Source: Eukaryota sp. TZLM1-RC (Eukaryota > Protista > Metamonada: BaSk clade). From it: a DNA stretch of 64,000 nt. Location: assembly GCA_040285825.1 (NCBI GenBank), contig JAUPSS010000001.1, positions 1,984,001 to 2,048,000 on the forward strand, given 5' to 3'. The notes under the pieces are model-generated. The model had not been told where the DNA came from. It made no database searches and was given only the letters and a program-made list of their open reading frames with translations. This document shows, in pieces, positions 48,860 to 60,884 of the stretch (positions are counted from its first letter, which is position 1; each line of letters begins with the position of its first letter). The position numbers and the translations under genes were made by a program.

Positions 48860-48979
48860 TGTTTGAATACTACTGTGAATTTCATCGGAAATGCATACAT
48901 CATGTAGCATTCCTCCATTCCCTTATACGGTTTCCTTTTCAGGATCACAGCGCCCGAAGGCAATACATGGATACAAACA
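48860..48979 (-). ncRNA. Candidate Fanzor omegaRNA scaffold
   Basis: Starts 5 nt after the Fanzor-like stop codon; cUUCGg and GAAA tetraloop hairpins, a long hairpin and two enclosing helices. Confidence 0.55.
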
Positions 48980-48983
48980 ACTA

Positions 48984-49801
48984 TCACTCTCTCACCTCCC
49001 TTCTAAATGTCTCTGGTCTGATCCCAGTAAAATGTTCAGAAATCGCAATCTCTAGCTGATTTCTTGAAGCGGAAATGTCTCTAGACCAGCGTTTATCACA
49101 TCTAGGACATTCAAAGTATGCATTATTGATTCTTCGAGTGCCTTTATGATACACCTTCCTGTGATGTACCTTGCAACAATTGGTTTTGGCAGATATCATG
49201 TATTCATCTCCAACCTTCACATTGGCAAAGTATTTCTTTACTTCTGTCAGAAACTTCTTAGTTTGGGCTTTGGTGGATTGTCGAGAAGGTCCATTACCAC
49301 CATTACCAAACCAAATAATAGTTTCCCTGTTATTAGCTAGTCTCTTAATTTTGTTAATAAAATGAATGAACCTTTTTTGTCTTCTTATCACAAAATCAAA
49401 CTTATTTCGTCTCAAAATTCTCTCTGTACTATTGGTCAAAGTTTGGGAAACCAAAGAAATTGTTTCCTGCTCATCATTCCTTATCAGTGAAGCTATTTCA
49501 ATGAGATACCTGTTGAAGCTCTCAATGGAATATGTGTTCACAGAGGATTGAGTGCGTGGCTGGGGAAAATCAATTACTTTTGCTTTCGGATTCAGTAGAT
49601 TACTGAATTTGGATTACTGAATCCAGATTGTTCAACAATTACCATATTCTCTTGTGAACAATATCCAGTTGTCCAACCACATAAATTTGAATGGTTTGGA
49701 TCAACCGCCACGAAAAAAAGGAAGATCTTCTCTGATGGGAAGATCCTGCGAGCAATCTTGAGACCGTCTAGCAATTTTCCTCGGTTGGTTAGCTCGCCCA
49801 T
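48984..49801 (-). pseudogene. Fanzor-like nuclease remnant with all three RuvC motifs
   Basis: VAVDPN (RuvC-I, ORF 49592-49801); IIWFGNG, GDEY..S..CC (RuvC-II), CPRC, WSRDISASRN (RuvC-III), terminal RPETFRR (ORF 48984-49541). Confidence 0.8.
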
Positions 49802-50461
49802 TTATTCTCTTATTTCGTTTTCTAGTGGACTCTCTAAAAAGTTGGTACAGAAAAATATGCTTTTCCAAATCACTCAATAGAATTTCCTACATCAAATAAG
49901 ATAAATCTAAAATGCACTATTCAAACTTTGCAAAAACGACTAAATGATTCGTTTCAAAATAAAAAAAATGATAAAAACAAATGAAGATGATCATTTTCGA
50001 AAAATCGCATGAAGATCTTGGTTGTTTTTCACTCATCAATTTTGGAAAAAGGTGCATGTGAAAATAATTGATCAGATTCATCACATTGAGACCGTTGTAG
50101 TGAAAACCTGCGCTCAGTGCTTATAATGGAGCGTTTAAAACAACAATGGGGTTATATTCCAATGAACCAACTTTTATTTAAATAAATATGCATTTGTTTT
50201 TATTCACCAAAAAATCATCCTCTTTTTCGTTCTGATCAGACCAGTTGTCGTACTTCATTAATTCAATAGAGAAGCAATGGCGAGAAAACAAACAAATAAG
50301 GCTTTTGTAGAGGAACTAATGGTTCATTGCAATTAATCTTGTTAGCTCTGTTATGATTTTATTAAGTGTTGTTCAATAAAATTAAATTATTTCACCCAAT
50401 CAAACAATAAAAACACTTTCCCCCACCTCCCTCTCTTCTTAGTCTTTCACATCTAGTCTTC

Positions 50462-52365
50462 ATGAGTGACGAATCTCTTACTCGTATTGCTATCGTCAAG
50501 GCAGACTCTTGTAAACCCTCTAAATGTTCTAGAGAGTGAGTTTTACCCTCATTATTTCTTACAGTAGATGTCGCCGATCCTGTCCCGTTGTTCGCACTGG
50601 TATGTTACATCATTCTTTTTCTCATTCTCAGGCAAGCAGTGCATCGAAGTCACATCGAAGTCCAAGATTGCTTTCATTTCTGAAACCCTGTGCATCGGTT
50701 GTGGTATATGTGTGAAGAAGTGTCCTTTCGAGGCCATCACCATCATTAACCTCCCCAAAAACCTGGAAAAGGAAACAACTCATCGTTTTGGTCCAAACTC
50801 CTTCAAACTCCATCGTCTGCCCACACCCCGTCCTGGCCAGGTTCTTGGTCTTGTTGGAACTAACGGTATCGGTAAGTCCACTGCCCTGAAAATCCTTGCC
50901 GGAAACCTCAAACCCAACCTCGGTCAATTCCAAACCCCACCCGATTGGGAGGATATTTTAACTTACTTCAGGGGCTCTGAATTGCAAAGCTACTTCACCC
51001 GTATCTTGGAGGACAACATTAGAGCGGTCATCAAACCCCAATACGTGGATAACATTGCAAAGGCTGTCAAGGGTAATATTGAGAAAATTATTAAAACCAA
51101 GGATCAGCGAGGTGTGGGTCAGGACTACATGCGGGAATTAGAACTTGAATCCCTCATTGACCGTGATGTTTCCCAGCTCTCTGGTGGTGAACTTCAACGA
51201 TTTGCCATGGCTGTGGTCGCTGTTCAGAATGCTGACGTGTTTATGTTTGATGAACCTTCCTCTTACTTGGATGTACGTCAACGTCTTACCGCAGCTCGTG
51301 TTATCCGTTCAATGTTGGAGATTAGCTCACACACGTATGTTATTGTAGTTGAGCATGATTTATCAGTTCTCGACTACCTTTCTGACTTCGTCTGTATCCT
51401 CTATGGTGAACCTGGAGCCTATGGTGTTGTGACTATGCCATTCTCTGTTCGTGAGGGTATCAACATTTTCTTGGATGGAATGGTTCCTACTGAGAATCTT
51501 CGTTTTAGAGATGTCGCCCTTAGTTTCAGAATTGCCGAAACAGCTGATGATGTTGTGGAAGAACGTCATCGTCATATGTCTTATCCAGCAATGACCAAGC
51601 GTTTAGGTAAATTTGAATTAAATGTAGAAGCTGGAGAGTTTACTGAATCTGAAATTATTATGCTTGTTGGTTTGTTTTTTCTTTCATAATTTGTTAACCA
51701 CAGGAGAAAATGGTACTGGCAAGACTACCTTCATTAGAATGCTTGCTGGCCTACTGAAGCCAGACTCTGGGGAAGAAGTACCTGAAATGCATGTTTCGTA
51801 TAAGCCTCAGAAAATTGCTCCAAAGTTTGATGGTAATGTACAGACGTTATTCCATCAAAAAATTAGAGATTCTTATATGCATCCTCAATTTGTAGCTGAC
51901 GTCATTACCCCTCTTGCTCTCAAGAAGCTCTATGATCGTGAAGTTAAGACTTTATCTGGAGGAGAGTTGCAACGTGTGGCTCTGGCGTTGTGTTTGGGTA
52001 AACCAGCCGACATTTATCTAATTGATGAACCCTCTGCTTATTTGGACTCTGAACAACGTATTATCGCCTGCAAAGTCATTAAGAGGTTTATTATGCATAC
52101 CAAGAAAACTGCGTTTATTGTAGAGCATGATTTCATTATGGCGACTTATTTGGCTGATAGAGTTGTGGTTCATGAAGGTAATACAGGAGTAGCTTGTACT
52201 GCCAATTCTCCCTCATCTTTGCTTTCTGGTATGAATAGATTCTTGAGCAATTTGGACATTACCTTTAGAAGGGATCCTACGAATTTCCGTCCACGAATTA
52301 ATAAATTTAATTCGCAAAAGGACAAGGAGCAAAAGGGTTCTGGGCAGTATTTCTTTGTTGATTAA
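50462..52365 (+). CDS. ABCE1: ABCE1/Rli1 Fe-S ABC ATPase; introns 50536-50567, 50600-50631, 51670-51703
   Basis: TRIAIV..CKP..C..EC...[33 protein letters not shown], two LSGGELQR; the frame is continuous after removing three introns. Confidence 0.95.
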
Positions 52366-52748
52366 GTGATGTTTGTAGTTTAATTTTATTTTTATTGGTT
52401 TTTTGCGATTTGTTTTGTTAGTTTTATAAAAAAGTGTTTTTGATGTTTTTGTTTCGATAATGGCACAAATTATTTATTCTAAGTTTCGCTGAATGGTACA
52501 CATCATGTTGTACTCAGCTTCCTACAAAATACTACATTATAAATACACTTCAAAGTGTAAAGGATGTTGGCCATAATAACCTCAGAGCAATAGTTGAAAA
52601 ATCAAACAACAAAACCCCATAGAAATGGACGAATAAAACATTAAAAGTTTATCAAGACCCCAAACAAAATGGTTGAATGGTCAACTTACAATCGAAACTA
52701 ATAATTCCGGTGATTGAATGTCATCTTTTTTAAGAGATTAATTTTCAT

Positions 52749-52820
52749 TAGTGTTAACGGGTGCGTGGGTTTTTGCATGGGTGTGTGTTTTGGGTGCGCA
52801 CCGCACACCCTTCAACACTG
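52749..52820. repeat. 72-bp GC-rich element with ~20-bp imperfect inverted ends
   Basis: TAGTGTTAACGGGTGCGTGG versus the reverse complement of the right end, CAGTGTTGAAGGGTGTGCGG. Confidence 0.5.
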
Positions 52821-52999
52821 CTGTTTAGTCCATTTATCTACCAAAGATTCCGACACTGAAATGTTCATTAAGTTGTGGCGTTCATCCAAGATTCTATAAA
52901 GCCATTCTTTTCTGATTGTCTTTCTTAATGACAAAAATAATAGTGATTGAACTGCAGTAAACTGTAAAACAGACACTTATGTATGTCGAAATTGTTCAC

Positions 53000-53850
53000 T
53001 ACGGCAGACATAAACCAAATTCGGTGAATCTGTAATTGTGACGAGAGCGAAAATCACGAATTACCTTCTATTTGCAGGAAATTTGAATATATATATTTCT
53101 AGATAGTAGTACAATGCCCTGAGTGTCTCCTTCCCAATTCATCCGCTACAGAAGATTTAACCCCTTGTCTGTAGTCACAGTATCACGTGCACATTCTTTG
53201 AGACTGTATGGTAAAGCTGCAGGATTCTCAATGATTGCTTTTGATCATCTGAAATGTGTTGCAAAATCTCTGAAAACAATAATCCTTCATTGACCAGTTC
53301 ATATAATTAAATTATCCACAATCTTGAATGCTTTTCTACAGAATTATGTTATTCGAGATTGATTCCTTTAACAAAGTCCAACCGTGGTGTTCGTCCCATT
53401 GCAAATGGTGGAGTGATTTCTGGTCTATCAGCTACCCTGTTTTTCAATCGTAACAAGAAAAGTGCTAACCAGTTTTTGGTGCTTTTCAATTTGGTATAGG
53501 AACTTATGATGAAGCCACGGCTGCTGCTTTTGGTCTAGATTTATGAATTTATCAAGGGAAAGTGGTGCAGTTGTCTGTTATATCAAAAATGCATCTAATT
53601 CTGTGAAATATGGTGCTATTGTTGCAGCACTTCAACGTTCTTGTGTTTTTACATAAGTCGCTCCTTTGTTTGAATTCTATATTCTGATCACTCACATTTA
53701 GTTATGAAAACCGTATCTATTTCCTCTTGTTCACGTGTTTAGGGTTAGGGTTAGCTTGAGATGTAAAACATGGTGATCCAATCTCTTCATCCAATCTTTG
53801 TTCACCTTAAGTCACAATACCCAGAAAATAAAGTTGTGGCGTTGCTCTTC
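53000..53850 (+). mobile_element. Highly degenerate non-LTR RT fragment (additional family)
   Basis: Remnant motifs GKAAG, RLIPLTK..GVRPIA, FQFGIGT, KNA.NSV, VKHGDP. Confidence 0.7.
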
Positions 53851-54157
53851 GTGCATAATACATAAGCAAAAACAAAAGTTTATGGACAGAGTAAAAGAAG
53901 TCACTTAAATTAAACACTTACAAGAATTTGAATCTATGATGACGAAATCCACTTTCCTAAAAGGGAAAGTCACAAAATTGTGGCATATAAGGATGATGTT
54001 TCCTCTCGTATACTTCCAGACCCAACAAATTTGTTTGAAATTTTAGCTTCTCGTATTGGTTGTCGAGGTCTTGGTAGACATATTGATTATATCTCTTTTG
54101 AAAGAATCGAATTGACATTTGTGAATTATGACGATGATTGTACTGAATTGTTGGCAA

Positions 54158-54270
54158 TTTAGCTAGAGAACAAGCAGATCAAGATTTTGTAGAGGAAATC
54201 TTGGTTCAATGATAGTCGTCATTAGTATTGAGTTAATTTAATTAAGTGTGCAAATTCAATAAACACAAAA
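54158..54270 (+). mobile_element. Family C 3'-end fragment
   Basis: Matches 40048-40155. Confidence 0.8.
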
Positions 54271-54479
54271 AGATTGTTGGCAACATTGGTAGGAATGAGG
54301 AATGCATGTCTCAGTCCCTGAAATAAGAACGGAAAGAGCTTCTGCTGCTGAATTCGAACACCAAATTTTTGTGGAAAAAGAATCAAAATTCCGACATTCT
54401 ATATTTACTCAAAGTTGCTGAGCTTTCCAAGAATTGAAAATACGACGCTCTTAGTCGAAAATACAATGGTGTAAGAGAC

Positions 54480-54740
54480 AGAAAAATTTGTCCCAATTAA
54501 CAATTGGAATTTTTGGTAACATAGGAAGAAAAGGTCCAAACCTTTTGGATGACTTCAAAAACTTCTTACAGAGAGTGGCCGTACATTTGATTTTCTCATT
54601 TGGAAGAACAAAACTGTATTCTCATTATTGAAAGCTCTTCCTTTTTTAAATAACTTTACGGTGTTTATCAACAAGCGAGTTATCATTCAAGTGAATTGCA
54701 AAAATCTCCGATCATTCAATAGTAATAATAAAAATTAAAA
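54480..54740 (+). mobile_element. Degenerate RLE C-terminal fragment (additional family)
   Basis: IGIFGNIG..G..LLDDF, FDFLIWKNK.VFSLLKALP. Confidence 0.6.
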
Positions 54741-55265
54741 ATCCTTGAACATTGTCGCTATCTATTCAGAGAAACAGTTATAATTAATTTTCCTTTTTTG
54801 CATACAAAATAATGTCTGCACAAGCGAAGAATCCAGTCAACCATTGCTACAAAATCACAAATTAAAATAAAAAATTACATTGGTTAAAATTTTGCAATAT
54901 TTGATATGTAAAAATCGAACATAAATCACGCATTATCCATTTAAAAGTTCTTAGACATGTGCTTGAACACATGTGCTTGTTTGTTTTTAAACTTGATGTC
55001 ATTAATGTTCACACAATTCTTAATCATTAACAATAGAAAATAATAATAAAATATAATACAAAACAATCAAAATAGTGATTCTGCTTCTCCAAAGATCTCT
55101 TCAGATGAAAAAAGACATCTATTCAACAGCACAACCAAAATCACTATCCAATGATCGGTCTTGAGGAGGCTTCTCAATGCTGAATGCAATGGTGCTCTGC
55201 CTAACTCAAATTCAAACAACACAAGGAAGAAAGAAGTTTATACAATAAGATATAAAGAAAATGAT

Positions 55266-55605
55266 CTAACAGAAGTGATACCATTTACAGGCAGCTCTGG
55301 GACAATCACTAGGACAAGCACCTTGGAGAAGAGCATTACAACCAGCGTTACAAGCTTAAATGAGCGATTGAGGTCAACAAACCAGCAGCAAAAGGTCCTG
55401 TTGCTGTAATGAGTAAAGGATATTAACACATACGTGCACATGCAATGGCACATCCACTGGCTTCAGCAACATTGTAGATAACTCGGAGAACGCGAGCACA
55501 AGTATCACACTCACCATTAGCTTCATCAGCATCAGGATAGACAGGGGTCTGCCATTCAGCAAAAACAACAGCAAACAGGAGAGCAACAACGAAGGCCTTA
55601 ATCAT
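55266..55605 (-). CDS. Secreted saposin-like Cys-rich protein, 93 aa; exons 55434-55605, 55383-55403, 55266-55354
   Basis: Signal peptide; removing 30- and 28-nt introns gives CDTC...GCAIACAPTGPFAAACNAGCNALLQGACPSDCPRAACKWYHFC*. Confidence 0.75.
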
Positions 55606-55658
55606 GTTTGAAGAAACTTGTTGATTTTTAGTCGATATTTTGCAAAATTGGTGAATTG

Positions 55659-55695
55659 CCATTCCCATTCCCATTCCCATTCCCACCCCATTCCC
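55659..55695. repeat. (CCCATT)n microsatellite
   Basis: About six imperfect hexamer copies upstream of the saposin-like gene. Confidence 0.85.
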
Positions 55696-55859
55696 AATTC
55701 TCAAAATCCATGCCGTTTAACACCGATCATTTTTTTTCTGATGTCAATTTACTTCAACTTAAGCTTCCAGCTTCCGAAGATACAAAGGTGCGTGCTCTAG
55801 ATGCTCTATCCTCCATTAGTACTACCCAAGCTAATGTGGCACGATTCTATCGTACAATC

Positions 55860-56012
55860 AAGTACAATCAAGAATTAATTTTGATAACAGCGGTTCTAAA
55901 AAGGAATCTACTCGATATGATTTGCACACTACATAAATTTGGTCCCTGACGTTATTATGCACTTTGCTTCTAAATGTAATGAAATGTTTACAGTTCAAAA
56001 GATGAGTAAACA
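55860..56012 (-). mobile_element. Family B internal fragment
   Basis: Matches 4137-4283. Confidence 0.8.
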
Positions 56013-56302
56013 AAAAATTTGGTAAATCTTTAACTTCAATTGAGGAAAAGTAATCTTTTGCAGAAAATAATGATTTGCAGAAGTCATTGGAACACTTTTC
56101 TGACGTCAACTTGATTAAATTTATCTGATTGGAAGAAGGATTGGTGTTCTATTTTTATTCTTTTATTGGAAAAAACAAATCTGTCAAAAGTTTTATTGGA
56201 CAATACAAATTGTTTAAAACTAATGTCGCTATAATTGAGTGCAAATTATATATATAATATTTATATCAGTTCAATTTTAGAATAAAATTAAATTTTTAAA
56301 AA

Positions 56303-56492
56303 ATTCTGGTTAAATAGAATTGTTTTTTGCATTTTCAAGTCTATTCCAACAATGATTTCAAAGGCACTTTTAGCTATTGGTATAGAATATGAACGTAATG
56401 CTGTGAGTAGGTTTAGCAATAGTGACACTTGTTTGGAGGATATTGGATTCTAGATGGGTTTTTATATCTCAATAATCACTCCAGTTAAAAAA
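56303..56492 (+). mobile_element. Family E 3'-end fragment
   Basis: Matches 41387-41575. Confidence 0.85.
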
Positions 56493-57400
56493 TTCCAATC
56501 AAGACTTTGCTCTCTACTTCAATAATAGTTTGAAGAATTTAATTCAAGTTTAATTCTAATTTGAAGAATATAATTTACTAGAATATTTGAAAGATTCAAA
56601 AATTCACCATAATATAAGATTAGAGTTGGTTTAAACTTTGATGAATTCAGCTGCTTTTGGAAAGGTAATATTATTTATTGGTATTGGAAATAAACTGATC
56701 AAGTACATCTTTTGGTTGCCCCAATGAAAGCATTGTGAATCGTTCAAATGACCATTCTCGAATATATGACTTTCTAATGTTATTGGAAATTATCTCTTCT
56801 GAATGGTTGCAGAAAAATTTATATAATGATCAACATCAAAACACGATTAACTAAATTCTTTTGATTGGGTGGTATCTCTCTGTTTTGACAACAATTTGAA
56901 AAGAATAATGTATGAAAATGGTTATTAAACATCCAGTGCATCTAGAAGAATGAACATTATACATCTAGAAAATAGAAAATTGTAGCTTTGAAGCATACTG
57001 TGTGTCATTTGAACCTCAACGAATCTTACTGTTATTGTTGTGCTTTGCAATTCACTCATACTGACTTATAACCTGCAGTTTACGAAGTTCTGAAACAAAT
57101 TATCAAACCCAATTAATGTTCTTTTCCTAATCACATAATTTTTCAAGATTCGAGGCTTTCGGAAATCGCACCAATGTTATCGGTCCGACACAATACCGAA
57201 ACAGTTCTCCGTTTTGTGTGAAAACGACATTTAACCTCAAAATATCTGCCTAGGAGTTTCTTTGCTACAAATCACTTCACGTACTTTACCTTGGTTTTTA
57301 CCTTACCAACAGTCAAGAAAACATTTGGACCGCATTATTGCCTGCAACACAGATGACATAACTACTGTTGCAATCATTGAACAAATATCATTCGTGAACT

Positions 57401-58315
57401 CATTTTTTTTATATTTATTGAATTTGCACACTTGATTAAATTAAATCATAACTAATGGGACGACTATCATTAAACCAAGATTTCCTCTACAAAATCTTGA
57501 TTTGCTTGCTGTCTAGCTAAAGCTTCTCTAATTCGATTGAAAAACCGCGGTAATCTATTAATAATGGCAAATTGAATCCGTGAACGCCATAAAAAAATAT
57601 CAAATCTTTTCATTGTTTTTTCTTTCACCATTTTTTGGAAGTCATCCAAAAAAGTTTCTGCTTCAACTGATATTCTTCCATTTATCGTAAATGGGAAAGC
57701 AATAAAAACCAGCTGTGTATTTCTATCGACATTTGCATCTTCAATTTCTTTATCATATTTTCTATGTTTTTCTTTTGCTTTAAAATCCAGAGCAGCCACA
57801 GGATTAAGTTTTCTTCTGTGAACCAAAGTATCGTTTGCAACATTACATGAGACAAAGTCAACAATAGCTTCAGAATTATCAATCCAATCACAGTATACAT
57901 CACCTCTATCATCAGAACCAAATTTATTCAGAGAAAGTGTTTCCTTCAGCAGGGGCTCTTTGATACACGATATCCTTGCAGTTTGTGCCATATTGAAAAC
58001 AGTGTCTCTAACAGCATCATGTAATGAAGAACGATAAGTTATCAATTTAGAGCAATTTAGAGCATGGCGCAAAGTGAGTTGTGGTGAATTCGAACAAATA
58101 CATTTTTCTTTTGATAATAATTGGTTAATGGGGATGTTCAAATATAATCTCATTTTTGTTACAAATGCTTCATTAGTGGCACACAATCCAAATCTTCGTG
58201 GTACAATGGTTACAAAAAGTGAAGAATCTGACGCCTTGTTTTCACAAACACCCTTTTCCAATAACAATGAGTGAAGATCTTGATTTAAAACAGCCGAGCT
58301 GCAAATATTATATAT
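57401..58315 (-). mobile_element. Family C copy, 5'-truncated
   Basis: 286-aa RLE ORF; poly(A); TSD ATTCGTGAACT at 57390-57400 and 58316-58326. Confidence 0.9.
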
Positions 58316-58654
58316 ATTCGTGAACTGCAATACCGAATGTAATAAAAAATTTTTTATTCAAAATGATGAAGAATCTGATTTCAAGTCGTTATGCACTAAA
58401 TGAACCAGATTTCCCAGAGCTTTTGTATTTGATCTTATGGGAAGAAACCCTTGTCCCACGGGGCATTATTTTGAGAAGATTCTTGTTTATTTCTCAGCCA
58501 TTGAGGTGCCACAATGGCCCGCAAACCATGTATTCTTTGAAGATATTTCTCAACTCAGTATTTTTATCTAAATAAATCCCTCTTTCCCTGCAGTACTCTC
58601 TCACCACTTGCTCTTTCAGCTAGTTTTCTATTTATTTAACGGTGGTCATCAACA

Positions 58655-60189
58655 ATGGTTATGTCTCGTGTCCAATCTGCTAAATCTTTTTCCAATTTCC
58701 TTGATGTCCTAAATCCTAGTCGACGCTCCTCTGTGAGTGGCAGTGAAACTTCTGAAAAACCTGATGACCTCATGTCTGCCAATGTTGTTATTGCACCACT
58801 TCCTTCCCTTGCAGAAGAGCAAGAAACTCTCGACTGGATGAGTGACGACATCAGCGAAATGAGTATGGTTGACGTTTACGAAAGATTTGATGACTACCTT
58901 GCTCAGAATCATGACAACTACCAAATAGTTGCACCCACCTTAGAGATTGATTTCATGCTCAAGCTGATTTTCGCACTGACTTTAAGTGGTATGCCCAGTA
59001 CGCATATTGAGGAACTCCTTGTCAAAATTGCACAGAGGCTTGGATTTGATTGTTCTATAAGTGTCCAACCAAGACAAGTTTCTGTCTGCTTTACGTCCAA
59101 CTCTGATTCTTCACATCTCTCTTCCAAGACTAGAACTTTCATCGTTCACACTGAAGACGTTGGTTCCATCACGAACGTGTCTTCACTCGATCTTCTTTAC
59201 ACCCTCGGCAACTCCATGGCTGAGGGGAGGTTGTCATTAGAGTCTGGCTTTAAAGGACTTTTGGACATAATCTCCAACCCCCCAGAGTATGGCAAGAAAA
59301 CCCAAATCATAGCTGGTGGTTTTGCTTCATCATCATTAGCTGGCCTTTTTTTCCAGTGTAACATTGTCAGCATGCTATTAGCCTTATTTGGGGGTATCTT
59401 GGAACAGTCAGTCGAACATTTTGTTTGTCAGAAATACCAAAAATATGGCAGAGTCCACAGCTTTGTAACGACCTTCATCTTTACAATTCTACTCTCCATT
59501 CTCCGGTACACCGTGCCCTCACTCAAGTTTGATATGGTTTCAACGCTTTTGATGGTATGACTCTTTTTTTCTCACTCTCCTCACCTCAGTCACTTATGTG
59601 GATTCTACCAGGTCTATCACTAGCTTCATCACTAACTGAATTGGGAAGAAGGAATATGAGCGTTGGTACATCGCGTCTTTTTTACGCCTTGCTGACGAGT
59701 GTAATTGTTTCCTATGGTGTCTTGGTAGCTCTTCATTTTTTTGGTTTGCTATTTGATGATTTTGATATAAACATCGACAATGTAGAAGTTGAATGGGATG
59801 TCTTGTTTCTATCAATTTTCACTCTGTCAACAGCACTGTCATTTGCTTTGCTCATACACGCACCTGTAGCATTATGGCCAACTTGTGTTGTGTCCAGCTT
59901 TATCTCTTTCTACGTTTACTATCTAGTGAACAAGAGAGAACCAGGGTTTGCTGTGTTAGCGGCAGCTGCTGCGGGAGGCGTTTATAGTCGCATTTGGTCA
60001 AAGTTTAGTGGGAAAACGCTCAATATTCCATTAAACAGTTGTATCATCATGTTGGTGCCAGGTAGTTTGTCTGTGCGATCGGTGCTTGAAATGTTCTCTG
60101 GTTCTGATTTGGGTCTTGAAATGAGTGCAAAAGTCTTGCAAACAGCCATTGGTATATCTTTAGGTGTTATTATCACCACTTCAATGTAA
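58655..60189 (+). CDS. ThrE/Prm10-like threonine-serine exporter family membrane protein; intron 59555-59589
   Basis: L...G.PSTHIEE.L, ILPGLSL..SLTEL.......GTSRL, MLVPGSLSV; a 35-nt intron joins the two ORFs in frame. Confidence 0.8.
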
Positions 60190-60884
60190 GTTTTTTAGTT
60201 TTTTGTTAGGGTTAGGGTTAGGGTTAGTTTTTTGTGTTGTATTTAATTGAACTCAGTAGTGAGAAAGTTCCGATAAAAACTTTTTATTTATGTTGAATTT
60301 AGAATTACAAAACTTAAAGTTGGTGAAAAGACCATTATAGTTAGAGAAAATTTATCATCCATAGCTGGTGCAGTAAAGTGGAACAAAATCAATAGATCCC
60401 GTTGCTACAGAACATTTGTGTTCATTGTTACACAAATTGAATGTGAAAAAAAACTACTACAGCTAAGGACTCAATGGAGTCTTTCAGTTGTGCTTCATTT
60501 TTTAGAATTCAATAAATCATACGTTTTTGGACTGTTTATGGAAATAACATCACAAAACAAGAGAACAATTGCAGAGAGCTAATATGTCAATACTGTTGGG
60601 TAATCCACTTAACATATGGGTGCAAAAGCTATATGCTGGATTGGGTGGCATTTCTCAAACCCTTTGAAACCGAACTGACAGTTTAGTCAACGTTCAATCT
60701 TGAATGAAGTAATCTATTTGTCGTTACACAGGAGAGCTATCATAAACCGTACGTGATGTTGTGGTACTTTCAGCTATCCTAAATAAATTCTTCGTCTCCG
60801 AAAAACCAGTAGAGACCAAATATAACTCAGAATAAAGATAAATAGACTCTACTCAGAAGTGCTTTTTGGCAGTTTTTGAATCGA

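Noticed and set aside
48839-48910. N-terminal extension of NOP58 from the ATG at 48910
   Set aside because: The conserved N-terminus begins at 48838, and the extension overlaps the structured RNA candidate.
48870-48960. Hammerhead ribozyme in the structured RNA
   Set aside because: CUGUGA and GAAAC are present, but the CUGANGA core and stem III/NUH geometry do not fit.
56500-57390. Possible decayed gene remnants here and at ~17200-17640, 19517-19760, 30523-30816, 53900-54160 and 60330-60880
   Set aside because: Coding-like patches, but no motif I could recognise with confidence.
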